64,000 nt of DNA, taken from IMG/VR virus record IMGVR_UViG_3300038468_000170, positions 1 through 64,000 of that record; one strand, written 5' to 3'. Source of the DNA: a virus. Positions within the stretch are counted from its first letter, which is position 1. Every line of letters begins with the position of its first letter. The notes beneath the pieces were generated by a model, which worked only from the letters and a program-made list of their open reading frames with translations, did not search any database and had not been told where the DNA came from. Below, in pieces: positions 55,495 through 64,000 of this stretch. The position numbers and the translations under genes are program-made.

Positions 55495-56352
55495 TCAAGG
55501 AAGGGCATCTTGCATCCACGGCTGCGGGAACAACCCCGGCCACCTCTCTACGCAGATCCGTTTCCACTTCCGAGCAAGCCGCAGGTACTCGAGATCGGCA
55601 GCCTCGTGATCACGCTCTCGGAACATCTTCGCAAGCGCGATCGGGTTCGTCGTCCAAATGAATGACGTCTCGCAGGCGTGCGACAGATACGGGCTCGCGC
55701 TCTCGAAGATACGTTTGCGAGCTATGCCCTTCGGCGCTTCACCGTGCATCGCGGTGTGCTCGACCGTACGGCGCGTGATGTAGTCGCGATACTCGGCGTA
55801 GTTGCGGATCATTGCACTCGCGAAACACATGAGCTCGTCTTGGTTGTCCAAGATCGCCGGATGCGCGACGTAACAGCCCGAGTGCTCCACGTACCGCGTC
55901 GACTCCTGAGACGGCGAGCCCTCTTCGGTCCGGTCGGCGCCAACGTAGTGCCGGATGAGCTCGTGCGACACACGCCGCGAGATACCGGCGATAAAGAAGC
56001 TCATCTTCGCGTGGTACATGATGCTCGCGTGCGGGACGTCGCCTGACTGCGTGTTCGCGATGTACTCGGCGTTCGACTTCTTCCCCGCCTTGAGGCCGAA
56101 GCTGTCGTAGCACTTGCGACCGGCGAGCTCGACGAGGAGTTCGTTATCCGTAATCACCCGCCCATTCTCTTCACGCGGATGCGGGAGAAGGGCGTCAAGA
56201 CGCGCGGAAGCGAAGTCCGGCACGTACTCTTCCGGTACGCATTCGGGACGCCGAGAACGTACCCACTGAAGCATGTCGAAAACTCCGGACGGATCGATCG
56301 ACATCTCCGCGATCACAGAGACAACAGGTTCTTCTTTGAGAATCTTCACCAT
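55495..56352 (-). CDS. thyX: FAD-dependent thymidylate synthase (variant motif)
   Basis: ELAGRKCYDS, HASIMYH, GISRRVSHELIRH...SQESTRY, TTNPIAL...R. Confidence 0.85.
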   Translation of the reverse strand: MVKILKEEPVVSVIAEMSIDPSGVFDMLQWVRSRRPECVPEEYVPDFASARLDALLPHPREENGRVITDNELLVELAGRKCYDSFGLKAGKKSNAEYIANTQSGDVPHASIMYHAKMSFFIAGISRRVSHELIRHYVGADRTEEGSPSQESTRYVEHSGCYVAHPAILDNQDELMCFASAMIRNYAEYRDYITRRTVEHTAMHGEAPKGIARKRIFESASPYLSHACETSFIWTTNPIALAKMFRERDHEAADLEYLRLARKWKRICVERWPGLFPQPWMQDALP

Positions 56353-56355
56353 GGT

Positions 56356-56895
56356 TCACGTTTTCCTTTCGAACTGCTTCCAGACGCGCGACGGCTGCGG
56401 TCCCCGCGAATACTCTTCGCAGTAGTTTCCGTCATAGAGCTCGACGTCACCCTGAATCGTGTGAAACCGGATCTGCGCGAACCGCATCCCTGCGTAAACC
56501 ACGGTCGGGTACGTCGCGAGCACCTCGAGCGTGTACTGTCCGTCGAATCCCGGGTCTCCGTATCCGGCCGTCACGTGGACGAAGACACCGAGGCGACCAA
56601 TCGAGCTTTTGCCGTCGACGATCGGCACGAAGTGGTCCGTGCGGACGCGCTCGACCGTGTGCATCAAGTAGAGGCGTCCGGGGAACAGTACAAAGTCGTC
56701 GCTGATTTCGAATTGAGTAGTGGCTTGTGCACGAGCGCAATCGAGCCAAGGAGGTCCGCTGATCTCGTACATCACGACGGACCGACCAAGACGCAAGTCG
56801 TAGCTCGCCGGATTGACCTGAGCGTCGTCGAAGGACTCAATCAGGATGCGCCCTTCGACGAGCTGCTTTCGGATTTCCGGACCGGAGAGGATCAT
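56356..56895 (-). CDS. dcd: dCTP deaminase
   Basis: VNPASYDLRLG, DGKSSIGRLG, TAGYGDPGFDGQYTLE. Confidence 0.92.
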   Translation of the reverse strand: MILSGPEIRKQLVEGRILIESFDDAQVNPASYDLRLGRSVVMYEISGPPWLDCARAQATTQFEISDDFVLFPGRLYLMHTVERVRTDHFVPIVDGKSSIGRLGVFVHVTAGYGDPGFDGQYTLEVLATYPTVVYAGMRFAQIRFHTIQGDVELYDGNYCEEYSRGPQPSRVWKQFERKT

Positions 56896-57092
56896 GGCTT
56901 CTCTTGTTTCGGATCGTAGCGTCTGTTATTGAGCAAATTCCAGGCGGCTCTATCGTTGCTGTCTAAAAAACGCACCCAGACACGTCCATTTTTGTCCAAT
57001 CCGTAAACGTTGGTGGGGGAGGTCGCAATCTGTACGAACGGAGGCGCAACCGACATATCGATCTTCGATTTCTTCTTACCGATTTTCGACAT
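56892..57092 (-). CDS. Small hypothetical protein
   Basis: AAGGAG RBS. Confidence 0.55.
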   Translation of the reverse strand: MSKIGKKKSKIDMSVAPPFVQIATSPTNVYGLDKNGRVWVRFLDSNDRAAWNLLNNRRYDPKQEKP

Positions 57093-57118
57093 AGAGATAC
57101 TCCTTCGAATAGTGATTC

Positions 57119-57829
57119 TCAGTCTTCTTTCGTCTCCGCGACGAACGCGCGCACCTTCTGTTCGAGTTCCTCGAGCGTGCCGTTGTTCACGATGACCGCG
57201 TCGAATGCGCTGTCTAGGATGCTCTCTTGTTCGGTCTCGCTCACGTGCCGTCCATCGATGCCGGCGCCTGAACGCACGATGCGCACGAGCTTCGCGCCGG
57301 CCCTGCGGAAAGCGTCGACCTCATTCTTGAACCGAAGATCGGGAACGACGACGCTCCTTCCCGCGGCCATGTATAGCAGGCGCGTCAACCCGAAGTTGGC
57401 GCTATACGAGTAGTCACCTTCGGCGAGCTTCTTGGCGACACGGAGCGCGTAGTCGATCCACACGTTCGGGTAGCAGTTGCGGCCCCATTCCGTGCCAAGC
57501 TGTTGGAGCGCGTAGCGGGGCGTCAAGAAGCATACATCGCTGGCTGTACCAACGGCGGCGCTACGCATGCCGCAACACAGGCACGTGGCGTGACCATCGC
57601 CAATAGATCCCCAAGTGTGCCGACGCGGGTAACGTTCATCCGGCGCGTTCCGCATCTCACTCGGCCCCCAAAGTTGCTCCGCCGTGAAGTCGAACACGTC
57701 ACGAGCCAATCTCTTGAGCGGGTCCGCGAGCGCGACTTTCACGAAGCGGTGATCGCGTACGAGAATGTCCGCGACCGTGTCCTTTCCGCTCCCGGCTACG
57801 CCGGAGATGCCTACGAGAACGGCGTTCAT
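57119..57829 (-). CDS. Deoxynucleoside monophosphate kinase
   Basis: GISGVAGSGKDT, LADPLK, PRYALQQLGTEWGR, DLRFKNE, HVSE. Confidence 0.9.
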   Translation of the reverse strand: MNAVLVGISGVAGSGKDTVADILVRDHRFVKVALADPLKRLARDVFDFTAEQLWGPSEMRNAPDERYPRRHTWGSIGDGHATCLCCGMRSAAVGTASDVCFLTPRYALQQLGTEWGRNCYPNVWIDYALRVAKKLAEGDYSYSANFGLTRLLYMAAGRSVVVPDLRFKNEVDAFRRAGAKLVRIVRSGAGIDGRHVSETEQESILDSAFDAVIVNNGTLEELEQKVRAFVAETKED

Positions 57830-57984
57830 TGTAGCTTCCGTGCCTCCGCCACTGAGTAGTCGATCAAAGTTACGATCACGGACACAACCAGCATCACACT
57901 AACGTACTGCCAACCGTGAAAAAATGTCCACAAAGACAAGGCTGTCACAAGCTGCGCGAAGAGTATTCGAATCGCTTGTCTCAT
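57826..57984 (-). CDS. Small two-TM membrane protein
   Basis: MRQAIRILFAQLVTALSLWTFF... Confidence 0.5.
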   Translation of the reverse strand: MRQAIRILFAQLVTALSLWTFFHGWQYVSVMLVVSVIVTLIDYSVAEARKLQ

Positions 57985-58412
57985 CACCGTGGCCTCCCCG
58001 ACCGCGCGAACTTCTCCTGCGCCTCGATGGCTAGGTCGAGGCACTCGAGCACGTCGAGACCGAGGTCGTCGATCCAGCGAATCGTCGAGAAGAGGACGTT
58101 GCCTAGCTCTTTCTTGAGCTCTATGGTCTGCAACGGTTCCGAACACTCACGAATGCGTCGGTAGCCCATACCCGCAGGCGGAAGCGGCCCGCTGTTCTCT
58201 CCTTCGATGATGGGCGGCCCGTACCACGGACCGTTGCCGTGGTCTCGAACGATGCGCGCGATGTTGCCGACGCTAACCATGAGCCGCACTGCGATCTCCG
58301 TTAACGACAACTCGGTGCCCCAGATTTGCCACCCTTGAACCCGAAGCGCCGAGAGCCCGGCGTGCACCTGCTCTCGAATTTGCGGGTGTATTCGCATGTC
58401 GACTTGCATCAC
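57984..58412 (-). CDS. MazG-like (all-alpha NTP pyrophosphatase-like) protein, divergent
   Basis: LKKELGNVLF....DLGLDV pattern; canonical acidic residues partly missing. Confidence 0.4.
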   Translation of the reverse strand: MMQVDMRIHPQIREQVHAGLSALRVQGWQIWGTELSLTEIAVRLMVSVGNIARIVRDHGNGPWYGPPIIEGENSGPLPPAGMGYRRIRECSEPLQTIELKKELGNVLFSTIRWIDDLGLDVLECLDLAIEAQEKFARSGRPR

Positions 58413-58558
58413 TTCTGCTCCTTTTCCGGCGCGCTCTTCGTGATTCGCAACGACTCCAACGTCTTCTGCATTTCCCGAAAAGCTCGTTCAGCGGAAACTT
58501 CGAGCGCCTCGATCAGTTGTTCACGGGTCGTCTCGCCTTTGAAATACTGGTCGTTCAT
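58409..58558 (-). CDS. 49-aa protein, internally deleted paralog of 59443-59745 (not in ORF track)
   Basis: MNDQYFKGETTREQLIEALE...REMQKTLESLR...APEKEQK. Confidence 0.6.
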   Translation of the reverse strand: MNDQYFKGETTREQLIEALEVSAERAFREMQKTLESLRITKSAPEKEQK

Positions 58559-58869
58559 TCGCGCACCTTGTTCGCATCGTGCCAGAGCTTCTTATCGAGC
58601 ATGGCAGAACCGAGTTCGACTAGTACATGTCCGAGGGCGATTGCTTGCCGACCAATTAGTTGGCCGGAAAATTCTGGATCCCCATAAGCATCGTACGAAC
58701 GCGGAACCTCGAGATAGATGACGCGCACGGCATGATCCTCCGTGTCAGCTACGCCCATCACACGGACGCCATGAAGCTCGGCGAGTTTGAAAATCTGTTT
58801 CATGTCTATCCGGTTAACTCCCAAGCCCCCAACCCCTTGGGGTCCGCCTGATTCCAGCCGGACCGTCAC
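58555..58869 (-). CDS. Hypothetical protein
   Basis: Overlap coupling. Confidence 0.5.
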   Translation of the reverse strand: MTVRLESGGPQGVGGLGVNRIDMKQIFKLAELHGVRVMGVADTEDHAVRVIYLEVPRSYDAYGDPEFSGQLIGRQAIALGHVLVELGSAMLDKKLWHDANKVRE

Positions 58870-59030
58870 TTGATCCCCGGGTATATAAGGTCACGCATCT
58901 GCGCTTCCTTCTCGGCCTTTTCTCTCCGAACGGCTTCGTTCCACCGTAGTTTGAAAGCAAAGCCCCACGCAGCGAGCGCCGGAACCCCAATGAGCCCCCA
59001 GACAAGCCACCCAATGTGCTGTTCTGTCAC
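58866..59030 (-). CDS. Small TM protein (54 aa, not in ORF track)
   Basis: AGGAG RBS; MTEQHIGWLVWGLIGVPALAAWGFAFKLR... Confidence 0.55.
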   Translation of the reverse strand: MTEQHIGWLVWGLIGVPALAAWGFAFKLRWNEAVRREKAEKEAQMRDLIYPGIK

Positions 59031-59133
59031 TTTCTGAACTCCTATCCCGGCCCACGCTCCGAGAAACAGCGTGGCGCCGACTCGTCAGGGAAGAGCCGCT
59101 GGAAGTCGGGGAGGGATTCGGGGAATTCAAGTT

Positions 59134-59427
59134 TCACTGTGGATCACCGTCGTTGCGAACGTCCGCGTTTTTACCCGCCAACATCCCCTTCCACATCGTA
59201 ACAGCTTTGCTCACGTTTCCCGGCGTTAGCGCGATTGCCAGTAGGCCGGCAACCCCCACGTGTGCTGCGGTGAAGTAGTGGCCGTCTTCGTCGTGGTACA
59301 AGGAGCGCATGGCGCCGCATAGTATCCAAAAGCCGGTTCCGGCGGCGCCGCAAACCAGAACGAACAGCGTCAAGTCCGGCACGGACAAGTGTCGTCCTCT
59401 ACGCATTGCCGTGCCCCACAAGAGCAA
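59134..59427 (-). CDS. Small membrane protein
   Basis: Two hydrophobic segments. Confidence 0.45.
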   Translation of the reverse strand: MLLWGTAMRRGRHLSVPDLTLFVLVCGAAGTGFWILCGAMRSLYHDEDGHYFTAAHVGVAGLLAIALTPGNVSKAVTMWKGMLAGKNADVRNDGDPQ

Positions 59428-59442
59428 TATCGACGTCTGTGT

Positions 59443-59745
59443 TCATTTTGGCTCCTTTTCCGGCGCTCTCTCGTGGTGTCGCAACGACTCCAACGTCTTC
59501 TGCATTTCCCGAAGAGCCCGTCCAGCGAGCTCGACAGCGGCGTCTCGTTCGGCGCGTAGTTTCTCTACTTCGCCTTTGAAATCGGGCGTCAGATCGGGGA
59601 ACGTGAACACCTGATTGGGGCCTTCGTCAAGATACGCATCGAGCGCGTCCACGACGTCGTGCGCCTGTGCGTCTGTCATCACGGCCTTGAGCGTCTCGAT
59701 CAGTTGCTCACGGGCCGTCTCGCCCCTGAAATACTGGTCGTTCAC
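59443..59745 (-). CDS. Hypothetical protein
   Basis: GTG start overlapping the ParB-like stop. Confidence 0.6.
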   Translation of the reverse strand: MNDQYFRGETAREQLIETLKAVMTDAQAHDVVDALDAYLDEGPNQVFTFPDLTPDFKGEVEKLRAERDAAVELAGRALREMQKTLESLRHHERAPEKEPK

Positions 59746-60599
59746 GACTTCTCCCGAACCTTCCTCCACTCCCCGGTTCGAATCTGCTTCAGTAGCGACG
59801 CAGGAACGTCGCTCCAGGCTTGGTCGATCCACGCCGCGATATCCGTAGCCACCGCGTCTTCGGCCTTCTTGCTGATGTGTCCGTTCCTCTGTCCGTTGAC
59901 GATCTCGCGCGCCTTGCCCGCGTTCCCACGACGCTTCTTGCCCGGCGCCCGAGGGGCGTTCTCGACGAGCTCCGTGACCTTGCTCTTGGCTTCCTCCGGC
60001 TCGAGTTTCGAGAGCTTGTAGCCCTCGCTCGCGGTGATCTTGCCGGCCTCGACCGCGTTCCTCACCGCTGCCGGCGCATCGAGCAGCGACAGCAGGTTCT
60101 TCACCGAGGTCACACTGATTCCGAACAGCACCGCGATCTCCGCCTCGTCCCGGCCGAGATCGAGGTAGCGCTGCGCCTTCTTCGCACGCCCGAGCGGCGT
60201 GTCGTCCTGGCGGTGCTCGTTCTCGCTGATAAGGATCCCCATCGCGCCGTGCGAATTCGTACGGCGGACCATCGCCGGGACCCTGATCGGCTCGAGACCT
60301 TTCTTCTTCAAGCGTCGGTTCGCCTCACGGGCGGCCTTCACGCGCTGCCTGCCGACGACCACCTCGATCTTGCCCGTCTCTTGGTTTCGGGCGACCGTGA
60401 CAGGCTCGAGGACGCCCTGAGGCACGCCGTCAGGGGCGTGCAACATGTTCAAGACGAGCGACTCGCTCACCGGCAAGTGCACGCGCTCGTCGTAGAGCGG
60501 GGACTTCTCGTCCGTGACCAAGACGAGGTCATCAGGGTCGAACATGTAGGCGTCTCGTTTGCCCTTCGCATTGAGAGCGTCTCTGGATGCTTTCGGCAT
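59742..60599 (-). CDS. ParB/Srx N-terminal domain protein with HTH
   Basis: GVLEPVTV...VVVGRQRVKAA...ISENEHR..DTPL. Confidence 0.8.
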   Translation of the reverse strand: MPKASRDALNAKGKRDAYMFDPDDLVLVTDEKSPLYDERVHLPVSESLVLNMLHAPDGVPQGVLEPVTVARNQETGKIEVVVGRQRVKAAREANRRLKKKGLEPIRVPAMVRRTNSHGAMGILISENEHRQDDTPLGRAKKAQRYLDLGRDEAEIAVLFGISVTSVKNLLSLLDAPAAVRNAVEAGKITASEGYKLSKLEPEEAKSKVTELVENAPRAPGKKRRGNAGKAREIVNGQRNGHISKKAEDAVATDIAAWIDQAWSDVPASLLKQIRTGEWRKVREKS

Positions 60600-60712
60600 G
60601 GGGGTTTCCTTTCGATTTCCTTTCGTTCGGCCAAGCAAGGCCGGTAGCGCCTAAGGACTGGAGGGGGGATCAGTCGCGGCGCTACCGACCTTGCTGGGCC
60701 GTCGTAAAGAGG

Positions 60713-60862
60713 TCACTTTTTTGCCCATCGCGCCCGCGCAGCCTTCCGTGCGATGTCGGAGCGCTTCTTCGGCGAGAGCACTCGGGCCCGGGCCACGCCC
60801 CCCTTCGAGCCTCCGAGCTTGCCTAGAGCAACGGCGGCGGGATTCTTCTTGGGCTTGGCCAT
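60713..60862 (-). CDS. Small basic protein (KNPAAVALG...GG.KGG family)
   Basis: MAKPKKNPAAVALGKLGGSKGGVARARVLSPKKRSDIARKAARARW. Confidence 0.75.
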   Translation of the reverse strand: MAKPKKNPAAVALGKLGGSKGGVARARVLSPKKRSDIARKAARARWAKK

Positions 60863-60907
60863 GGCCGGTCTATAGCAGCTCGTTCGTGCGCGGGCAAGCA
60901 CTTTCAC

Positions 60908-62293
60908 TTACCTCAACACCGTGAGCTTCTTCGACGCGCGCGTTACGGCCGTGTAGAGCCAACGCTTCCAATCTTCATTGTCCATGTAGCCGCCGCGCTC
61001 GGCGCAGACGACAAGATCGTCGAACTGCGAACCTTGCATCTTGTGCACAGTCATCGCGTAACCGAAGTCGAAGAGCGCACCCGCTTCGGAGAACGAACGA
61101 AGACCCGTCTCGCGCGAAAGTTCTTCGACGGACGAGAACGTCTTCTCGCGCCTGAATTGCTGATAAAGCATCTCGTAGGTGTGCGCTTTGATCTCGTCTT
61201 CAGGAAACGCGATCGAGCCCACGATATGTGTCTCGCTCTCTTCTCCTTTGTGGTTCTTCTTTATTTTCACATCGCTCTGGAGCACGCCGCGCATCCCATT
61301 GGCGATTGGCTGACGACCACCCTCGGCCTTCATGTTGCGAAGACAGATGACGTGCTCGCCGGCAGAAAAAGGACCGCCTACGGTCCCTCGAGCGCGCCGT
61401 ACCGCATCGTTCAAGCCGACTCGTCGACGATTCGTGTAGCAAGCAAGACCCATCTCGAGAAGTCGTTCGGGCGATGCGTCCGCGTAGCGCTCTTCGATGA
61501 GCTCGTTGACGAATCGAAGCTGCCCGAAGCACACAGCGTCGCCACCGTCGAATATCTCCGGAAGCCGACCTTCCTCTCGGATCATCTTCGAGAGTGCGAT
61601 GATCGGATTGCCTTCAGCCTGCCGATGAATCTTCTCAAGCCGCAGGTTCGGGTTCTTCATGAGCGAACCCGTGCCGCTGACGGGCGGAAGCTGTCCGTGG
61701 TCACCGACCGCAAGGATCGGCACGCCGTAACCGCGCAAGTCAGCGAGCATCCCATCGTCGACCATCGAAGCCTCGTCGACGATGATGAGTCCGTAGCTCC
61801 GATCGAGCGCTTCGCGACGGTGCCACCCTTTGCCACCGCACTCGACGCAGTTGCCGTTCTCGTCCTTCTCAGGATAGATGAACTTCTTCGTCACCTTGCC
61901 GTTCTCGTCGACGTCTTCGACCACCTCCGGTTCGAGACACTCGCACGCCGCGTAAATGAGTTGATGGATCGTTCCACAGAAGGGTTTGTTGCTAGGCTCG
62001 CCATACATGCCGCGCTGCCGCTGCGCGAGGACGGTCTCGGTTCCTGCTGTTCGGAGTTTGCGACGAAGCACCGACGTCGCCTTGCCCGTGAAAGCGCAAA
62101 ACGCCGGGAGCTCGATCTCGTTCGCAACAAGAGACACGAGCGTCGACTTGCCGCTGCCGGCGTAACCACCGAGCGAGAGCAAAGGTAGGTTAGGGTTGCT
62201 CACCCACCGCATGATGCTGTCGTAGGCGTTACGTTGATCGTTCGAGAGATTTTCGACGGTGATGTTGTTCACGATGAAATCCTTCCTGCACAT
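60908..62293 (-). CDS. SF1B (RecD/Dda-like) helicase
   Basis: GYAGSGKS, IVDEASM, GDHGQLPPV, HRQA, YAMTVHKMQGS, YTAVTRA. Confidence 0.93.
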   Translation of the reverse strand: MCRKDFIVNNITVENLSNDQRNAYDSIMRWVSNPNLPLLSLGGYAGSGKSTLVSLVANEIELPAFCAFTGKATSVLRRKLRTAGTETVLAQRQRGMYGEPSNKPFCGTIHQLIYAACECLEPEVVEDVDENGKVTKKFIYPEKDENGNCVECGGKGWHRREALDRSYGLIIVDEASMVDDGMLADLRGYGVPILAVGDHGQLPPVSGTGSLMKNPNLRLEKIHRQAEGNPIIALSKMIREEGRLPEIFDGGDAVCFGQLRFVNELIEERYADASPERLLEMGLACYTNRRRVGLNDAVRRARGTVGGPFSAGEHVICLRNMKAEGGRQPIANGMRGVLQSDVKIKKNHKGEESETHIVGSIAFPEDEIKAHTYEMLYQQFRREKTFSSVEELSRETGLRSFSEAGALFDFGYAMTVHKMQGSQFDDLVVCAERGGYMDNEDWKRWLYTAVTRASKKLTVLR

Positions 62294-62790
62294 ACTGGGC
62301 CTAAGCCACTAGAAATCGATTCCGGCGTGGTCAGCCGACGTCCACAAGCTCCGCAGCGCCCCTCATGGTAGACGGCAAGCTCCGGGTGCATCTTGCCGCT
62401 GATGAGCGTCTTCCAGACCCACGTGAACGCGACGGCGCTCGGTGCGTCGGAAGCGATGCGGCTCTTCTTACCGTGCGAGTACGTCGAGCGACCGAAGATG
62501 CATCCGAGATAGGTGTAGTCGCCATCGTTGTTCGAACCCGTGAGGACGGATACGAAGTGAGGAGACGGCCTGGTGTCGCCCTGACGGGCCTCGGCGAGTA
62601 CGACGCGATAGGTGAACCGAGCACCCGTCTTGCGGCTCTGGAAAGTCACGTGAGCGTTGCCGGCGAGCAGAAACCGGACGGTCGCGGCAGGGTCGAGGAG
62701 TTCGGCGCGGGGGCCCGGGACCTCATCTGGATTTTCTTGGAAAGCCGTCATCATGTTTGGTTGGACGAAGGGACGGTATTTTCGATTCAA
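62269..62790 (-). CDS. DUF6011-like Zn-finger protein
   Basis: GRCGACGRRLTTPESISSGLGPVC. Confidence 0.8.
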   Translation of the reverse strand: MNRKYRPFVQPNMMTAFQENPDEVPGPRAELLDPAATVRFLLAGNAHVTFQSRKTGARFTYRVVLAEARQGDTRPSPHFVSVLTGSNNDGDYTYLGCIFGRSTYSHGKKSRIASDAPSAVAFTWVWKTLISGKMHPELAVYHEGRCGACGRRLTTPESISSGLGPVCAGRISS

Positions 62791-62839
62791 TTAATTCGTT
62801 AAATCAAGACTGGAACTCGTCGCGTACGACTGGAAAGAA

Positions 62840-63014
62840 GTGACGATGGTGACCCAAATGACGATGTTTCAGCCGTCAGCCCCAAAAAATCTAGGTGACG
62901 ATGGTGACGATACCCCCCATCAATTCTAAATGCGGGGAAAAATATTTTGGATGAGGGGCCCGAAAAATTCTGGGCCGACGGCTGAAACATCGTCATTTGG
63001 GTCACCATCGTCAC
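62840..63014. repeat. 38-bp perfect inverted repeat with 9-mer iterons around an AT-rich spacer (candidate origin)
   Basis: 62840-62877 is the exact reverse complement of 62977-63014; additional GTGACGATG copies at ~62894-62911. Confidence 0.85.
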
Positions 63015-63022
63015 CTTGCTCC

Positions 63023-64000
63023 TCACCAGGAGATGCGGCTGACGAACCACGGGGTGCCGCCTCCTTGTTTGGGCTTGTGGTCGAACCGTCGGCCCCCGAC
63101 GTTCTTCTTCTTATACTTCCGGAGCTGCATGCTGATGAGCTTCGTCGTGAGCTTGTCGGGCGAACATTCACAGAGCTCCGCGAGGGCTTCCTTGAGCGCG
63201 GCGTGGGCGAACGCCCCGACATGCATCTCGGCGAGGAGGTCTGAGACGAGCATGGGCTTGCCGAGCTTCTCCCATTCAATGAGCACGCGCTCGAGGACAC
63301 CTAGCTCTGAATCTCCGCTCTCGACGAGTTCTCTGCGGCCATTGATCGGGTCCGGCATGCCGGCCCATACGAGCGCGCCTCGTACGATCCGGCTCCATTG
63401 CTCGAAGGAGCCCCACGATGTCAACCTTTGATCAGGACAGCCTGCGGCGAAATAACCTCGTAACACGGTCAGGACGGCGCTCGCGAGCTTCGGCCGTTCG
63501 CGGTGCACGTGTGGGAGGATTGGATCGTACTTGAAACCGGTTCGGTGCTCGGGATGCTCGAATGCGGTTTCTAGACGAACATGTAGAGCTCGACCGACGA
63601 GCTCGTTCGACAGGATGAGGTTTTGCGCTGTCACGAGCCAAAGCGCACGCATCGGCATCGCCACCATTTCGGTGACTCCGAGTCGTCGATCTAAAACAGC
63701 CATGCTCGTGATCACTCCTGCGAGCGTCGATGAATCGAGAACCCCTTCGACGTTGTCGAGTAGGATGATCGGATCTCCCGAGATCGCGAGCGACAAAATC
63801 CGCTTCCTCATTTCTTCCTCGTTCGTCTTCGACGTCCTAGGAAGGGATCTGCCGGAATAGATCTCCCCGATGATGTCTGCGAGATATGTTGCGCCGACCC
63901 GGCGTGCGTTCTTGTCGAGCACGCCAAACGGCACGCAGCCGTCGATCGTCGGGCGAGCGAACGGCGTGAAGAGCAAGGCCATCCACGCAGAGAAGTGCTC
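63023..64000 (-). CDS. Primase-associated helicase/ATPase domain, C-terminal part (5' end beyond window)
   Basis: IILLDNV, RRLG, WLVTAQN, ELVGR; winged-helix-like C-terminus. Confidence 0.7.
   Translation of the reverse strand, partial: EHFSAWMALLFTPFARPTIDGCVPFGVLDKNARRVGATYLADIIGEIYSGRSLPRTSKTNEEEMRKRILSLAISGDPIILLDNVEGVLDSSTLAGVITSMAVLDRRLGVTEMVAMPMRALWLVTAQNLILSNELVGRALHVRLETAFEHPEHRTGFKYDPILPHVHRERPKLASAVLTVLRGYFAAGCPDQRLTSWGSFEQWSRIVRGALVWAGMPDPINGRRELVESGDSELGVLERVLIEWEKLGKPMLVSDLLAEMHVGAFAHAALKEALAELCECSPDKLTTKLISMQLRKYKKKNVGGRRFDHKPKQGGGTPWFVSRISW

Larger units (their letters stand above)
1..64000. mobile_element. Virus/prophage genome segment (probably non-tailed, membrane-containing dsDNA virus); both window ends lie inside viral genes
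   Basis: Two tyrosine recombinases, primase-helicase, SF1 helicase, ThyX/Dcd/dNMP kinase, HNH-AP2, many tiny overlapping ORFs and a virion-like module; no host housekeeping operons. Confidence 0.85.

Overview
This 64-kb window is densely coding and GC-rich, and it appears to be entirely viral (a temperate or plasmid-like dsDNA virus). Both ends fall inside viral genes. The host is probably a myxobacterium-like organism, inferred from GC content and Cys-rich lipoproteins. Layout: (i) 1-5.5 kb: a Cre-like tyrosine recombinase followed by small accessory genes (RNA ligase, HTH protein and others) separated by nine copies of a ~60-80 bp boundary element with invariant spacing, i.e. a cassette-array-like system. 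(ii) 5.9-18.5 kb: lipoproteins, cell-wall enzymes, and GroES-like, JAB/RadC, LysM and transglutaminase-like genes. (iii) 18.7-49.8 kb: a long virion module with an Arg-rich membrane-anchored core-like protein, a candidate major capsid protein, many tail-anchored membrane proteins, seven spike-like proteins sharing an N-terminal 'GxR..ETYP'-type peptide, collagen-like fibres and a glycosylation island. No terminase, portal or tail genes were recognised, which suggests a non-tailed, membrane-containing virion. (iv) A complete virus-encoded tmRNA (49902-50273, minus strand, tag ANDNAIDPSVRVAA) with its own promoter and terminator. (v) 50.3-64 kb, mostly minus strand: a second tyrosine integrase, thyX, dcd, dNMP kinase, ParB-like protein, SF1 helicase, a candidate origin with a 38-bp perfect inverted repeat, and a primase-helicase C-terminus. 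All product calls come from motif recognition by eye; no database search was run.
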